A stretch of DNA of 62,918 bases, the filler included, from Choristocarpus tenellus KU-1152 (Eukaryota > Protista > Phaeophyceae): the NCBI GenBank assembly GCA_964200185.2. It is 11 parts of 11 records of this genome, joined end to end, with 100 filler letters (N's around TTAATTAATTAA, not from the genome) between each part and the next. Parts side by side here need not be neighbours in the genome. Positions count along the whole stretch, not along the records: positions 1 to 6,741 come from CAXNAD020007454.1; positions 6,842 to 11,358 come from CAXNAD020014196.1; positions 11,459 to 15,802 come from CAXNAD020015007.1; 8 more parts are not named here. The stretch is one strand, 5' to 3'. The notes under the pieces were generated by a model, which saw nothing but the letters and a program-made list of their open reading frames with translations, was not told the DNA's origin and searched no databases. Every line of letters starts with the position of its first letter. Position 1 is the first letter of the stretch. The position numbers were made by a program, and so were the translations under genes. Positions 1 through 11,875 of this stretch are shown in pieces.

Positions 1-210
1 GTGGGTCGAGCGCGTGGCCAGTATGCGTATCGTTGCCTGTTAGAAGATGGGCGACGATCTCAAGGGAAAGGGGTCGATGAAGGCCACGGGAAGAGATGCG
101 CCCTGGGATGGCACAGAATTGGCACGAAGGGTTTTGATGCGGGAGGGGGAGGCGTTGGTACAACGGTACATGGAGGTTGACGGGGAGATGTGCCTTCGAC
201 AGCAGTCAAG
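1..210 (+). CDS. Probable penultimate exon of a Sec7/BIG-family ARF-GEF (partial, boundaries approximate)
   Basis: Open frame (RRVLMREGEALVQRYMEVDG) with a possible donor AAG|GTGCAG near 210. It lies upstream of the BIG-like terminal exon. Splice phase not confirmed. Confidence 0.35.
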
Positions 211-370
211 GTGCAGTGGCAGATGGAGAACTATTTGGGGAGGGGTAGTATGTGCTTGAGGATGCATTGGGATGTATGTATATATGCACATGTTGTTGTT
301 GATGAGGCTGAGCAAACTGAGAAGATTTCTTGGAACGTTGTTGTGGTTTTTGCGACTGTTGTTCGCTGGT

Positions 371-520
371 GGGAATGGAAATACGGTTACAATGTGTCCT
401 TTGTGGTCAAGTATGTAGGTGGGAATGGAAATACGATTACAATGTATCCTTTGTGGTCAAGTATGTAGGTGGGAATGGAAATACGATTACAATGTGTCCT
501 TTGTGGTCAAGTATGTAGGT
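371..520. repeat. Intronic tandem repeat, 3 x 50 bp
   Basis: GGGAATGGAAATACG(G/A)TTACAATGT(G/A)TCCTTTGTGGTCAAGTATGTAGGT at 371, 421 and 471. Confidence 0.95.
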
Positions 521-760
521 GGGATGGGTCAGGAAAGACATATATATAACCCTTCCTCGATTGTTGTGTCCTCTCAATAGACTCTTCCTATGTTTGTCCT
601 CCTCTATGTTTTTATTCTGCATTCATCTCACCGCACAACCTTACTGTCATTCCTGTTGATGCCCTTTCATATGTGTGTGTCTGCCTGGGGTCGGTTGGGG
701 TGGGGGATTGGGGTGATCAATGTCGACTTGAAAGGGGTGAAAGTAGTGACTCCTCATCAG

Positions 761-1269
761 ATGGTGGGATAGGTCACTCTGATGTTGAGGAGGGTAACAA
801 AGAAGGCGGCGATGGCGATGAGAGCATCAGTGGCGAGACCAACAACCTACCTCAAGGTTCCAAGGAGAGAAAGGATAGTGGGGGTCGTACACAGCCTATG
901 CTGGTACTGGGTGCACTGCTACAACCGCCTTCCACCCCACTACAACGGAATGGGCTTCCTTCAACACCATTGAGTGTCACCTCTCTGGGTACCACGGCTG
1001 GCGGAACGAGAGGGAGGATTGGGACCGGAGTGGGGACAATGATGGACCTTGCGCTAACAAAAAGGGAGGAAGTACGACATCTGGTTCCTGCCATGTTGCT
1101 CCTGCTGAAGGGCTTGTTGCTGCTCCCATCAGAGAGGTTTGCGGCTGAGGCCCCGTGGGTGTATCCGATCCTGGTGGACCTGGTTGGGGCAAGGGATCCC
1201 ACCGTGCGGGGGTTGGTGAGGGAGCTACTTAGGACTAAGGTTACTTTCCTTTTGCCTTTTATGATGTAG
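761..1269 (+). CDS. Terminal exon, C-terminal helical region of a BIG/Sec7-type ARF guanine-nucleotide exchange factor
   Basis: LLLLKGLLLLPSERFAAEAPWVYPILVDLVGARDPTVRGLVRELL resembles the BIG1/2/Sec7 extreme C-terminus (F...YP.L..L......vR..l). Stop TAG at 1267-1269; acceptor uncertain. Confidence 0.55.
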
Positions 1270-3252
1270 GGGGTGAGAGACGGCGTGGGTGGGAGGGGGT
1301 GGTCGAGGGGTTGTCAGTTTTTGGTGTAATAGACTGATGGATATGATGTGCTGGGGGGGACTATGTGAGAGAGAACCGGAGGGGGGGGTGGTAACAACGA
1401 TGTGGATCATATGTGTGTCATGTGTTTGGCATCAATGCATGTTCTCTCTCTCTCTCAGTAGCCGGGATCAATTTTTGCGTCAACATTATTTTTTTTAGAT
1501 TAGTGTTATTTTAAGGGGGTGTGCATGGATTTTCCAGCTACGAAGGAGGGGGCCCAGAGAGGCACAAGGTGTCTGTAGTAAGTGTGTGCTCTAGAATTGG
1601 ACTAGTGCTCCTGATTGGTGGATAGATCCGTGTGGGTGACATGAATGGCAGATGTGGTGTCACTCTTTAGCTTCTCGTTGTTGCTCCTGTGCTCAGTGCT
1701 TACATCTTACGTCCCCTCTGTGTGGTCTGAAGTATGGCTTGCTCAACAGTTTTGAAGTATCAAATGCTTTGTCAGCTGTAGAGCAAGGAAGACTTTGATG
1801 CCTGGGTGATGAGGATGCTCATTTTTACACATTAGTGGGGGTGTGCCTTGTGCCTTGCTAATGGCGAAGGGGGGGATTTGGAAGAAGATTGTCCATCAAT
1901 CACCAACCCATCAGGTATGGTCTGGATTTTGGTCGAGGGAGAGTAAGGAAGGTGGGAGGAGGGGGGGGCAGGGGTGACTGGCTGTCGTGCGCAAGGTTGG
2001 TGTGATAGGGCAGCATCTCCTTCTCCCAGTACCATAGTTATCAGGACTGAGAAGGATGGGCAAAGCAATGGAAAACAGAGGGGAGGAGCGTATACTGCAC
2101 AGTAGCCCTGTGTTTAGGAGTACCAGGTCTTCCAAGTTTATGCATCAAATTGTGGACTGGCTGATTTGGTGTTGCCTGGTATACTTTATCAGGAACCAAC
2201 TGCCTACCACCTGAAAGGAGTTAGGGTTAGGTTTTGGGCGAATGATACCATCAGGCGTTTATGAGCAATGGTGTATGCTACATAGTATGTGCGTGTGAGT
2301 AAATGGGTTGGTTGCCTGTCATGACTCTCGGTTATTTATCCTGAACCTCGCTTGAGAAGAGTTTGATGTGCTGAACTCCTTCAAGTGGTTCGGAATTGTG
2401 TTCTCACCTGGAACACTTGCTTGCTGGGAGGGGGGAGGGGGGTTCTTGGTTTGTGCTTCGCTTCCAGATGGTGTAGCCACGACAGCCTACATGCTGTCTC
2501 TTAGGTGCATTTTAGAGAAGCGATCATATACTTCAGAAGTATGTCTTCTTTTTCTCCTTGCTCGTTACACTTCTTTGTATCTTGCTGGTACTACTACTAC
2601 TGCGGGTCCGTTTTCTGCTTCAAGTTTATTATAAGCACAATCTCTGGATCAATCATTAGAACAATTTTTGGTGTGTACCACTAGCATTCAGCTCTTACAT
2701 GGGTACTCTTGATTTGGGGTAAGGAGGAGGATTTTTTATGTTTTGTTTTCTTGTACTTAAGAGGAGCACCGACTGCATTTGGTAGGCTGACATGACACCA
2801 AAGCTGTACGTTAGGCATTTTCATAGTAGAACGTGCTCATGTTCCACCCCTTTGTTTCCTCTCCTAGCTACTGTGTACTTTGGAGTATGTTATTGATTGA
2901 TTTGCTAGGTTCCGGTGTTTGCTACTATTCATATTAGAGCAAAGGGATGAAAGAAAGTGACCCCACTTGGGAAACCCAGTGTTGTTGTGTGACCATCATG
3001 TTGTTGACTGAATGAAAGTGAACGGATTGAGAAACAAAAACAAAAAGTTCCCAATGCTACCTCCTTGCAATTAGGCGATGATGAGATCTCTCGAGATTTG
3101 GGTGGTCATACAAGGGTGAGGTGTAAGGGATAAGCTAAGAGGGAAGCACGACAATCGAAATACATGTGAATAGAAATAGGGTCCAAAATTAGATCCAAAA
3201 GAGTGCAACGCACACAAAATGGACTAGAAACAAACAAACTAAATGACACAAT

Positions 3253-3518
3253 GAGTCAAGGTAAACGAGAGGTACCCGGGTTTGCATTGTCATGGATGCT
3301 GGCACGTAGATGAAAAATTCGGCGTTTTTTACAAATGCGTATAGGAGATTTTCTGAATTGTGTCGAGAACTTCCAAATAATAGAGAAACCAACTCGCTCA
3401 AGCCATACACTTAGCACTTAATTTATTTGTAGAATTATGGGTGGATTGCAAAAGATTGAAAATCTGGCTTATAATGCAAATCGACCAAAAACTACTTACC
3501 TCTCGATTACTTTGACTC
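3253..3518. mobile_element. MITE family D (GAG...CTC termini)
   Basis: TIRs GAGTCAAGGTAAACGAGAGGTA / TACCTCTCGATTACTTTGACTC. Internal similarity to 4291-4542 and 51110-51365. Confidence 0.85.
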
Positions 3519-4290
3519 AACACCAGCTTATGAAGGAACTTCCGTGTCAAAACCGCTTCGCATTTTGCCGCTTTCAAAACCGTAATACTTGAAATGGCGC
3601 TGGGGACGTATGTTTGTATGATGATGACGGCAGCAGGAGTAAACAACGGCAGTTTTCGGCACTAAAAAAGAGAAAAAGGGACGGGTGATCGTCACATCTC
3701 TTCAACATTTCTTTGATACATTACCGCGTGTACTGCTAAAGCACTATACTGCAGAGTCAGCAGGTCATGTATGGAGGAGGTAATATCCCATCCATTATTT
3801 GTTGTGGTCTGAATCAGGGTGTAGGCAACACACTACGCCAAGATAGAAGCAATGGTACTACTGTGGGAGGTAGAGGCGCTTTGTGTCTATACAGAGCCAA
3901 ACCAATTGGGATGTATGCAAGTTTGGACTCTTTTTATATTCGAGGGCACTTTTCCAGCCAGTCTTCTTCACTGCTTGCTGGGACAGTCCAAAACTCAATT
4001 GTATATTGATTGGGTGGACTTTGAGGGATGGCTGGTGGTATGACATACATATTGGCATTGACAAACCTTTCTTGTTGGTATGACATACATAATGGACTAA
4101 GAAGCGCCTTTAACTTTGAGAATTGACAAGTATGCATCCTTGGAGATTATTCAGCGAGTTGTAGGTCTTCGTAAGTAAGTGTTGTTAGTCTAGGGCTGCA
4201 AGTAGTAGTCAATTCATGAAAGTAACAATGACAACATAAAATAGTACTACTACTACTACTAATAATAATAATAATAATAATAATAACGAT

Positions 4291-4542
4291 GAGCCAAGGT
4301 AAACTGAAGACACTCGGGGATGCTGACAACTCTACAAAAATCGCATTTTCGTACAAATGCGTATAGATAGGGACATCTCCGACTTCTGAATAAAATTTTC
4401 AAACAATAGAAAAAAACAAAACCCTCGAGTCAATCTCACCTCTCCATCCATAGAAATGAGCGTGAATTGCAGGAGATAAAATAAAAAGTGTCTTAGAACA
4501 CAAAAAGGTCAAAACCTGGGTGCCCCTCGTTTCCTCTAGCTC
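4291..4542. mobile_element. MITE family D, diverged copy
   Basis: GAGCCAAGGTAAAC... ...CCTCGTTTCCTCTAGCTC. Shares TACAAATGCGTATAG with the 3253 copy; flanks CGAT/CGAA. Confidence 0.7.
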
Positions 4543-4570
4543 CGAAAGATTGTGAGTGGATGTATTCCCA

Positions 4571-4621
4571 ATAATAATAGTAATAATAAGAAGAAGAAGA
4601 CAAAGAAGAAGAAAAATAATG

Positions 4622-4661
<40 letters not shown>
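4571..4661. repeat. (AAT)n/(AAG)n microsatellite
   Basis: Visible directly; similar AAT tracts at ~4259-4286 and ~18081-18160. Confidence 0.9.
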
Positions 4662-5326
4662 GTGAGACTCAGTGCAAATGCTTTTTCGTTTTTCTCAATT
4701 TTATATTTCAACCTGGACCACTACTTCAGTCCAGAGGAATAACATTGAAACGACTAATGTACGCCATATAATGAGTATATAGCAAGAAGAGCAGGACAAT
4801 CAGGCAATGTTGGTCATTGTTTTAAACAAAAATAACTAAAATTCTACCATACAACAACGAGAAATACTAGCAGGGTTACACTTCGGAGTTGCATTTTACA
4901 ACTGCATGCACAACATGTCTCCAAAACCATGCACATGCCTACTGAAGGCATGAAAATGTGAATATTCCTGACTCACTTTAAGGTACTATTCATTGGTGTG
5001 CTATAGCAAGAACATTTCTTTGTGCACTTACAACCTCTTGTACCCGTAAGAGAATGTACTGTACCCTAGAGTACGAGGATTTTTTTAATGAATTGGTCAT
5101 TCCTTATCTAGGTTGATTAGTTAGCCTCCGCTTGGGTGGGGGTCACTCTTTTTCTATCTATTATATGGATACTATTATTACCATTTATTATTATCACATT
5201 TGTCGTCGTCCCATCTCCACCTTTGAACCTTGTACTGTACCTGCCCTGAAATTTCCACCTTGATCTTGGTCCGGTGTTTTTGTGGTGTAGCACAGAAAGG
5301 ATATTAATAGTGCAGGTGTACAATTT

Positions 5327-5515
5327 GGCTCGAAGTATCTGGGGGGGGGGGTGGCGAATGTCCATTTTGGGCCCCATTTTTCCATGTCGCGATTTTTGGG
5401 TGATTTGGTTGCATGCGTCGGATGGATAATATTAGTGCACTTTTCCTGGTCAGGGCCCCGATTGGACACTTTGATGTAGATCCCCCCCCTCACCCAACCC
5501 CATATCCTTTGAGTC
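5327..5515. mobile_element. MITE family B (GRCYCAAAGTATCT plus poly-G TIR)
   Basis: GGCTCGAAGTATCTGGGG... ...CCCCATATCCTTTGAGTC. Internal GATTTGGTTGCAT.CGTCGGATGGATAAT is shared with the 36276 and 47764 copies. Confidence 0.8.
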
Positions 5516-6248
5516 CAATCTATTGGGCTTGCCACATGGAATATCATTGGGGTCAGGTTTCCACGAAAAAAGTTCAGCACCGAAGGAATTCGAACCCATA
5601 AAAATCGGAAGTGTAGTGAGAACGTGTCTTCTTAACAACAGTCCCAAAACAGATATCTTTCGTGTATGATGATCGACATTTCTTATTAATATTTAGTAAA
5701 GATGCTCTCAGTATCTTCTCTATGGTCGGACAAAACACAGGTATCACTATTTTTACTATTATTGTTCGCCCATTCATTCAGTACTGTATTACTCAAAGTT
5801 GTGGAAGACTAAGAAAAATGGAGAGGAAACACTAGCATGAGTTTTGAATGTAGATGAATTATTGATTGTGGTACAACAGCAAGATGAGGAAAGATGAACA
5901 AGGAGCAACAAGGGATGTTGACTCTTGCAAGTCAGATGATATCAGGCCCACAGATATTGCGGTTCAGCTTAAACAGAGAGACATAGTTATTTCATGCATA
6001 TCCCCCATTAGGGATCTCTACATTGTTCACAAACAAAACCTCTGTTGCTGCTACTAATTTCTATATTTTCATGAGGGTTAGGGATAGGATATACTACATA
6101 AAGAAGGCTATTGCAGCAACTATAATCTCTCGTGTGGTTTTGTGTTTATTTGTATGGAACAAAAATAAGAATTGAAGCGCTTGAGGCTGTATGAAGTGGA
6201 AGAATACTCCGAGTATATTCAGAAGATGGTCAGAACAAGGAAATTGAA

Positions 6249-6617
6249 GACTTAAACCAGTCAAGAGTTAGGCAGGTTTGACCAAAAGTATCTGGGGGGG
6301 GGGGGGGGGTCTATACCTGAGTGTCTATTTGGACCAATGGACAGCCCCCCCCCCCCCCCCCCCCCCCCCTCCCAGATACTTTGACCCTTTAGACCCTTTT
6401 GCATTCTAACCCATTTTTCTTACCTTGTGCAATACACTCTATTTCATTGCCTCATATGCACAATACTGTACGTAAAGTTGATATCCCTCTTTCCACACAC
6501 AAAGTAACACCACAAATCAGTCAAGGTTCTTCTCGGCAACTATACAAAATGGTACCATTTTTCCCTTTCTCGGGATATTTAAAATGCAACTTGCCTACCT
6601 CTCAGCTGGTTTGACTC
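6249..6617. mobile_element. MITE family C copy carrying a nested family-B insertion
   Basis: Homologous to 10985-11244 and (inverted) 36067-36506. Ends ...GGTTTGACTC; 4-bp flanks TGAA/TGAA. Confidence 0.8.
6280..6387. mobile_element. MITE family B, internally deleted, nested in family C
   Basis: GACCAAAAGTATCTGGGG...CCCAGATACTTTGACCC. TTT duplication supported by the empty site in the 10985 copy. Confidence 0.8.
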
Positions 6618-6675
6618 TGAAGAAATATTCCAGTGACACATTATAGGACAAAAGCTTAATATAATACTCGATCGA

Positions 6676-6741
6676 GAGTCAAAGTATCTCAGAGGGTAGA
6701 GTCGCGTCCATTTGGGGACCAAAATCCAATGTTGCAATTTT
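6676..6741. mobile_element. MITE family A end, truncated by contig break
   Basis: GAGTCAAAGTATCTCAGAGGGTAGAGTCGCGTCCATTTGGGG matches the 24118, 46029 and 55919 copies. Confidence 0.85.
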
Positions 6742-6841
6742 NNNNNNNNNNNNNNNNNNNNNNNNNNNNNNNNNNNNNNNNNNNNTTAATTAATTAANNN
6801 NNNNNNNNNNNNNNNNNNNNNNNNNNNNNNNNNNNNNNNNN
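6742..6841. other. Artificial contig linker (N44-TTAATTAATTAA-N44)
   Basis: Six-frame stop cassette between N runs, 100 nt. Confidence 0.98.
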
Positions 6842-6889
6842 CGGGAGGGCGGAACGGGTAGGGGGGGGGGGAGGGAGCGGGGGGGGGGG

Positions 6890-7228
6890 GTGGCGGGGGG
6901 GGGGGGGGGGGGGGGGGGGGAGGCTCGAGCACAGGGAGGTAAAGGGGATTGTGAGCTGTGGGAGTTGTCTGAGGTTGAGGTGACTCGAGGGGAGTATGAG
7001 AACAGGTGTCAAGCGTTGTTCCGACGAGGGGTGGAACCGGTGGACCGCCTCTTAAAGGAATTGGACCTGGAGCCAGATGAGATTGACGAGGTTGTTATGG
7101 TCGGGGGTATGACCAGGACACCCAGGGTTCGACAGATGCTCAAGGAGCACCTTGGGGTGAAGAGGTTAAATATTGAGATAGATCCAGATGTAGTGGTGGC
7201 CTATGGGGCTGCATCTGTTGCACATTGA
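6890..7228 (+). CDS. HSP70-family protein, terminal exon ending right after the ATPase domain (HSPA13/STCH-like architecture)
   Basis: TRGEYENRCQALFRR...IDEVVMVGGMTRTPRVRQML...IDPDVVVAYGAA gives the HSP70 adenosine and connect-2 motifs. TGA follows at 7226-7228. The 5' boundary lies in poly-G and is unreliable. Confidence 0.85.
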   Translation: MAGGGGGGGGEARAQGGKGDCELWELSEVEVTRGEYENRCQALFRRGVEPVDRLLKELDLEPDEIDEVVMVGGMTRTPRVRQMLKEHLGVKRLNIEIDPDVVVAYGAASVAH

Positions 7229-9619
7229 AAGGTTTGTTATGAGTATGTGTCAGGATTTGGGTTTAGTAGTGGATGCATGGCGAGGGGAGCAATGGGATGG
7301 ACTAACCTGTCTTGACCTACATACCTGGATTGTGTTCTCACCCCACGGACTCACTGGAACGCCACTTAACTGTTGCAGCATTGTGTGCTGTAGTAAATTC
7401 TTGTACATGTAGAGCCCTACATGCTCACGCAGACCATGCGATTTACTGTGGTATTTGTACTCCAGCCAAGAGAAGGTGATACCTGCATGTCACCAAGTCA
7501 GGCCCTTACACTTTTCCAGTGAATTGTGGGGACCTATTTCCCCTCAATACAGTACAGTGTTGGCGATGCCACCCAATGTATATTTTATGAGGTCTGTGTT
7601 CCTTGCTTCTAGATGAAATCATTTGATATGTGTATGTACCTAGGGAGTATGCATCCTCAGAAACCAAGATAGGCGCACGGCATTTCTTTTTCTGTGATTG
7701 GCTGTGTTTTTTGGGAAGACACCTTTCTGTGGTGTTGATTAGGCTTCATAGACAACAGAAAAGTATTACTTCTTTGTAAAGCACTTTCAAATGTTCAGCA
7801 ATGAACTCAAGTGGATTCATACTACTGTGTAATTCAGGATAGTGTGACTTGACTCTTAACTTGAGGACAAGGCTTGATTGCACTACCCATATAATATATG
7901 TTACAACCAAACTCCTCCTATGGTTGTGCTTTCGGGCTCAAGGTGTGCTGTTACACTGTAGTCTGAAATGTGTTGAGCTTAACATATTGTCACGCTTGCT
8001 GAAGAGTATCAAGAGGATAACCTTAGAGGCTTTATCAGCAACACGCGGAATGGGTGCATACGCCCACTAAAAATAGTGTACACCATAGATAGATGCCTTA
8101 GGCGCTGACTAGTATTTTTTGTCAAAAAACTGTGGGCATGCTTAGCAGGAGGAGATAAGAATCCGCAGGCAATCTGTTCCCCCTTCTGCAGAGAGCGGTG
8201 CATGTCTCACTTATCGTAGTGGGTGGTATAGTGCTGCCGTAGGTATTACTGACATGAACTGAGGATTGCCACAGCCTGTGAATGAAGAGGGCTCTTCTGA
8301 ACAAACTCAGTGAAAGTAGGGTCTACAAGAAAAATACACAAATGCATCTGATCCCTGGAGAGTAGAGGTGTTGAATTTGTCTTTACATCCTGTGAAGGTG
8401 TAGCCAACAAATTGCTGCTACATAAAATAGCAAGTGGTGATAGGTCATTGTAGTGTAGCCATAAATATCCACAAAAGTGAGAGTATGGCTCACCCTGTCT
8501 GCATGAATATGGGCTGCTGTTGTAGGTGCATGTCCTGTACTAAAAACTTTGTCTCCTAAGTGAGATACACATATTCAGTTACAATTGTGTCACCACTCTG
8601 TCCTAATGAAGACCGTACTAGTGGACAAGTTGTACAGCCTTGAAATGAACGGACACAAGGTGAGTTCTCAGCCGCCCTGGGATGAGCTCTGTGCAAACAA
8701 TTAGAACCAACAGAATAACTTCTCCTTACTAACCATATATAACCAAAATGGGATCCATATTGCGATGATTAACTTCTCGTAGCCTCAGTCGACTTCAGGC
8801 CTCTGGTTGGCTATGATCCACCCCTACACGGTGAAGGATTTGTCTTCCTGACTTCTAGGTAATTGCAAGGTATCAGGAGATGTACGTTTCGGGGGATATT
8901 TATATTAGTTAAGAGAGAACTGAGCAGGACAATATTTTGAGCCCAAGTCTCCAGGAGCAGCCTCACACTTCAGTGATATGCTACCATCACTCCCACAAGG
9001 GAATAATTTCCAGTGTGTGCACACCGGAAAACTTCAACATGTTCCTCCTCGCTGTCCCAAAATAGAGCACATGAATACATATGTATGGTTCACAGGATTA
9101 TGAGACTGAAATTAATGTAAGCAGTCCACATAACGAATGTTAAAATCATCACCTGTGATGCTGATGTCGTCCTGAACTACACGTCACCAACACGTTTGTG
9201 ACTTAACCATTAACAACTACATAATTAGTCTTGTGCTGTTTTCCTAGAGACAGCCTGCTATCACTCCTCGGGGACACTTTTGGGTATATCGAATCTCACA
9301 CCACACACAAAAAAAACTACAGATCAATTATCGATTACACGTTGTAAGTTCACATTCTCAACTACATCAAACGCAATCGACTGGCACGGCAGTCTGGCAC
9401 CAATTAAAATCTACCCTGCGAAAAACACCACACAGCCAGAAAGAGTGCTTCACACCAAGCTCACAAAAAAATGCACCATCACTCTATGCTCCGCTTCCCT
9501 TTCTTTTCTTCACACCAAAATTTCTCTTGAGCCGCCCGGATCTCCAAGTCCCCGGCAGACCTTCAGGGATGCATCGACTGCACCCTAACCCATCTTGAGT
9601 TTGTGAAATCCCCCCTGAA

Positions 9620-9661
9620 TCCTCCTCCTCCTCCTCCTCCTCCTCCTCCTCCTCCTCCTCC
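9620..9661. repeat. (CCT)n microsatellite
   Basis: Visible directly. Confidence 0.9.
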
Positions 9662-10984
9662 CAATTAAGGGTTTTGTGAGGGGAAGGCGCAGTCTGCCTG
9701 ACCTTAGCAAATACCTTTTTTTTCCCACTTGCTCTTGGGGAAATTAATTTTCTTGTAGTGATGTGTCTTTTGGGAACATTTCTGTTCATGTATGATTCAC
9801 TGGGAGCAGTGTCATATCTTCTAGCTCTGTGTGCTTAGATGCCGCCACTCTGCCTGAGATACAAACGTGGATAGGATGGTGGATGGGTATGGTGTGGAGG
9901 TGTTGAAGGGGGGTTTGGAGGATGGACAAGGGGCTGGTAGGTCAAAAGAGGATAGGAAGGGCTGGTGTTTATTCCGGGAGGGACACATCTCAGGTATAGG
10001 ATGATTGCCCCTCAATAGGCCAATGATGGCGTTTACTCATTTTACCTACTTTTTTTTAGGTGCTTTTGCTTAAGAGCAATTGATATTTAATGCAAGTCTT
10101 CATTCGGTACTTCACCTCAAACCAGCAGCAAACTGCCACAGAGACATACAGAATACCTTTACATTCTGTGGTGGTTGGTTGGTCGGTGTGTGAACTGGCT
10201 GGGGAGGAAGGTTGGGGAGATAGCACTCACTGAGCATCCCCCATGGCTCAATATTGCTGGTTCAAACCCCATCGAAACAGACAGGCTGCTTTTAAAAAGA
10301 ATTCGTTTCGATTATCCGAATTTCATGTGGAAGCACTATGGGAATAAATGCATGTTGTGTTCTATCTTTACATCGCCATACAACAAAAACACCCGACCAA
10401 GAGTGAGGTGGTATAAGGTTTCATTGCCGAGTGATGCCAAGTATGGTCCAGCTCAAGATTTGGTGGAGAATACACAGGTGACAACCTTCCCTCAACCCTT
10501 GCATCTTTGAAGCCCATATTATCCTAGAGGGGAAGTAAGGCGTCCATTCGGGGCCTGTGTGAAGTTGTAGCAATGTTCATGCCATCTGAGTGAACGTGTG
10601 AGATATAACGGTAATTTCCTTCATCTGAACGCACTTCCCTCTTCCATCCCCCTGCCTGAACTAAATCCGAAGGAAAATCACCCTTAAAACGGGCATCAAA
10701 CTGGGGTGTCTTACAACACCCCATCAAGCCCCAAATGGACAATCTGGGCTAAACACCCCCCCCTCTAAGGCACTATGGGCCCGACTCCTGTACAACACAG
10801 ACACCTAGCCCCTGGTCACCATCACAAGTTGCAATCTACCTCCTCTACATATACTGTGGAAGAAACAATGGGAAATATTATGTTGGTGATGTAGGTGAGG
10901 GAGTAGAAGTCTTGCTCGTTTTGTTGAGTGTGTTTGGTGATAATAGCGTAACAGCTTCAGTAGGCGTCCATTTCTAAATTTTAT

Positions 10985-11244
10985 GAGCGAAACCAATTGA
11001 GAAGTTAGCAGGTTTGGACCCTTTTATATCGTAAGGAATATATCTTACCCTGTGCAGTACACTCCATTTCATTACTCTATGATGTGCACAATAGTGTATG
11101 CGAAATTGATATTCACTCTTTACACACACAAATTGACACCGCAATTCAGCAAAGGCTCTGCAATTCTAAAAAATGGGAAAAAAAAATTCCTTTTCTCGGG
11201 ATCAGTATAATGGAACCATGCCTGCCTCTCGGTAGGTTTGACTC
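10985..11244. mobile_element. MITE family C, empty (un-nested) copy
   Basis: GAGCGAAACCAATTGAGAAG...CTCTCGGTAGGTTTGACTC; flanks TAT/TAC. Confidence 0.8.
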
Positions 11245-11358
11245 TACTTATTTTGTGTTAAACGTTGCGCAAATCGCCCTCATACATAAAAAAAAAAACG
11301 GGAAGTCAGATTGGATCCCTGTTCGCATCGTGATATTTGTAACGCGTACGGGTGGAGA

Positions 11359-11458
11359 NNNNNNNNNNNNNNNNNNNNNNNNNNNNNNNNNNNNNNNNNN
11401 NNTTAATTAATTAANNNNNNNNNNNNNNNNNNNNNNNNNNNNNNNNNNNNNNNNNNNN
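11359..11458. other. Artificial contig linker
   Basis: N44-TTAATTAATTAA-N44. Confidence 0.98.
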
Positions 11459-11618
11459 GTATGCAACCAAATCACCCATAAATCACCACATGAAAAAATT
11501 GACCCCAAATGGACAGCCGCCATCCGCCATCAATGGGCATGGACTCAGTCGTGTTCGAAGTTGGTTGTACATGGCCAGCCAGTGACCCCGGTTGTGTTGA
11601 GTAAGCAATGGTCATGGA

Positions 11619-11875
11619 GAGTGAAAGTATCTTAGAGAGTACAAGTTTTTCCCAGTTTGTCCATTTGGGGCTTGGCTTCCGATGCTTTTCTTTATGATTT
11701 TCCTACTCCAAAATGTTTCAAAGTAGGTAAAATGTATACAATATAAAAAGATCTGTCCGCAACAAGGATATTGACACTCCCTAACAAACACGATAGTCAA
11801 AATTACATGAAAATCGCAACATTGGATTTTGGCCCCCAGATGGACGTGGCTCTACCCTCTAATATACTTTGACTC
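11619..11875. mobile_element. MITE family A (reverse orientation), 4-bp TSD TGGA
   Basis: TGGA|GAGTGAAAGTATCTTAGAG...CCCTCTAATATACTTTGACTC|TGGA. Confidence 0.9.

Noticed and set aside
371-520. CRISPR-like array (also considered for 25691-26298 and 62736-62918)
   Set aside because: Head-to-tail repeats with no unique spacers, no cas genes, and a eukaryotic context.
6786-6797. Recurrent TTAATTAATTAA motif as a biological repeat or recombination site
   Set aside because: It is always centred in a 100-nt N spacer, i.e. an artificial six-frame stop linker.
10235-10280. tRNA gene or SINE from a B-box-like GGTTCAAACCCC (similar motifs at ~16867 and ~41555)
   Set aside because: No cloverleaf and no correctly spaced A-box could be built.
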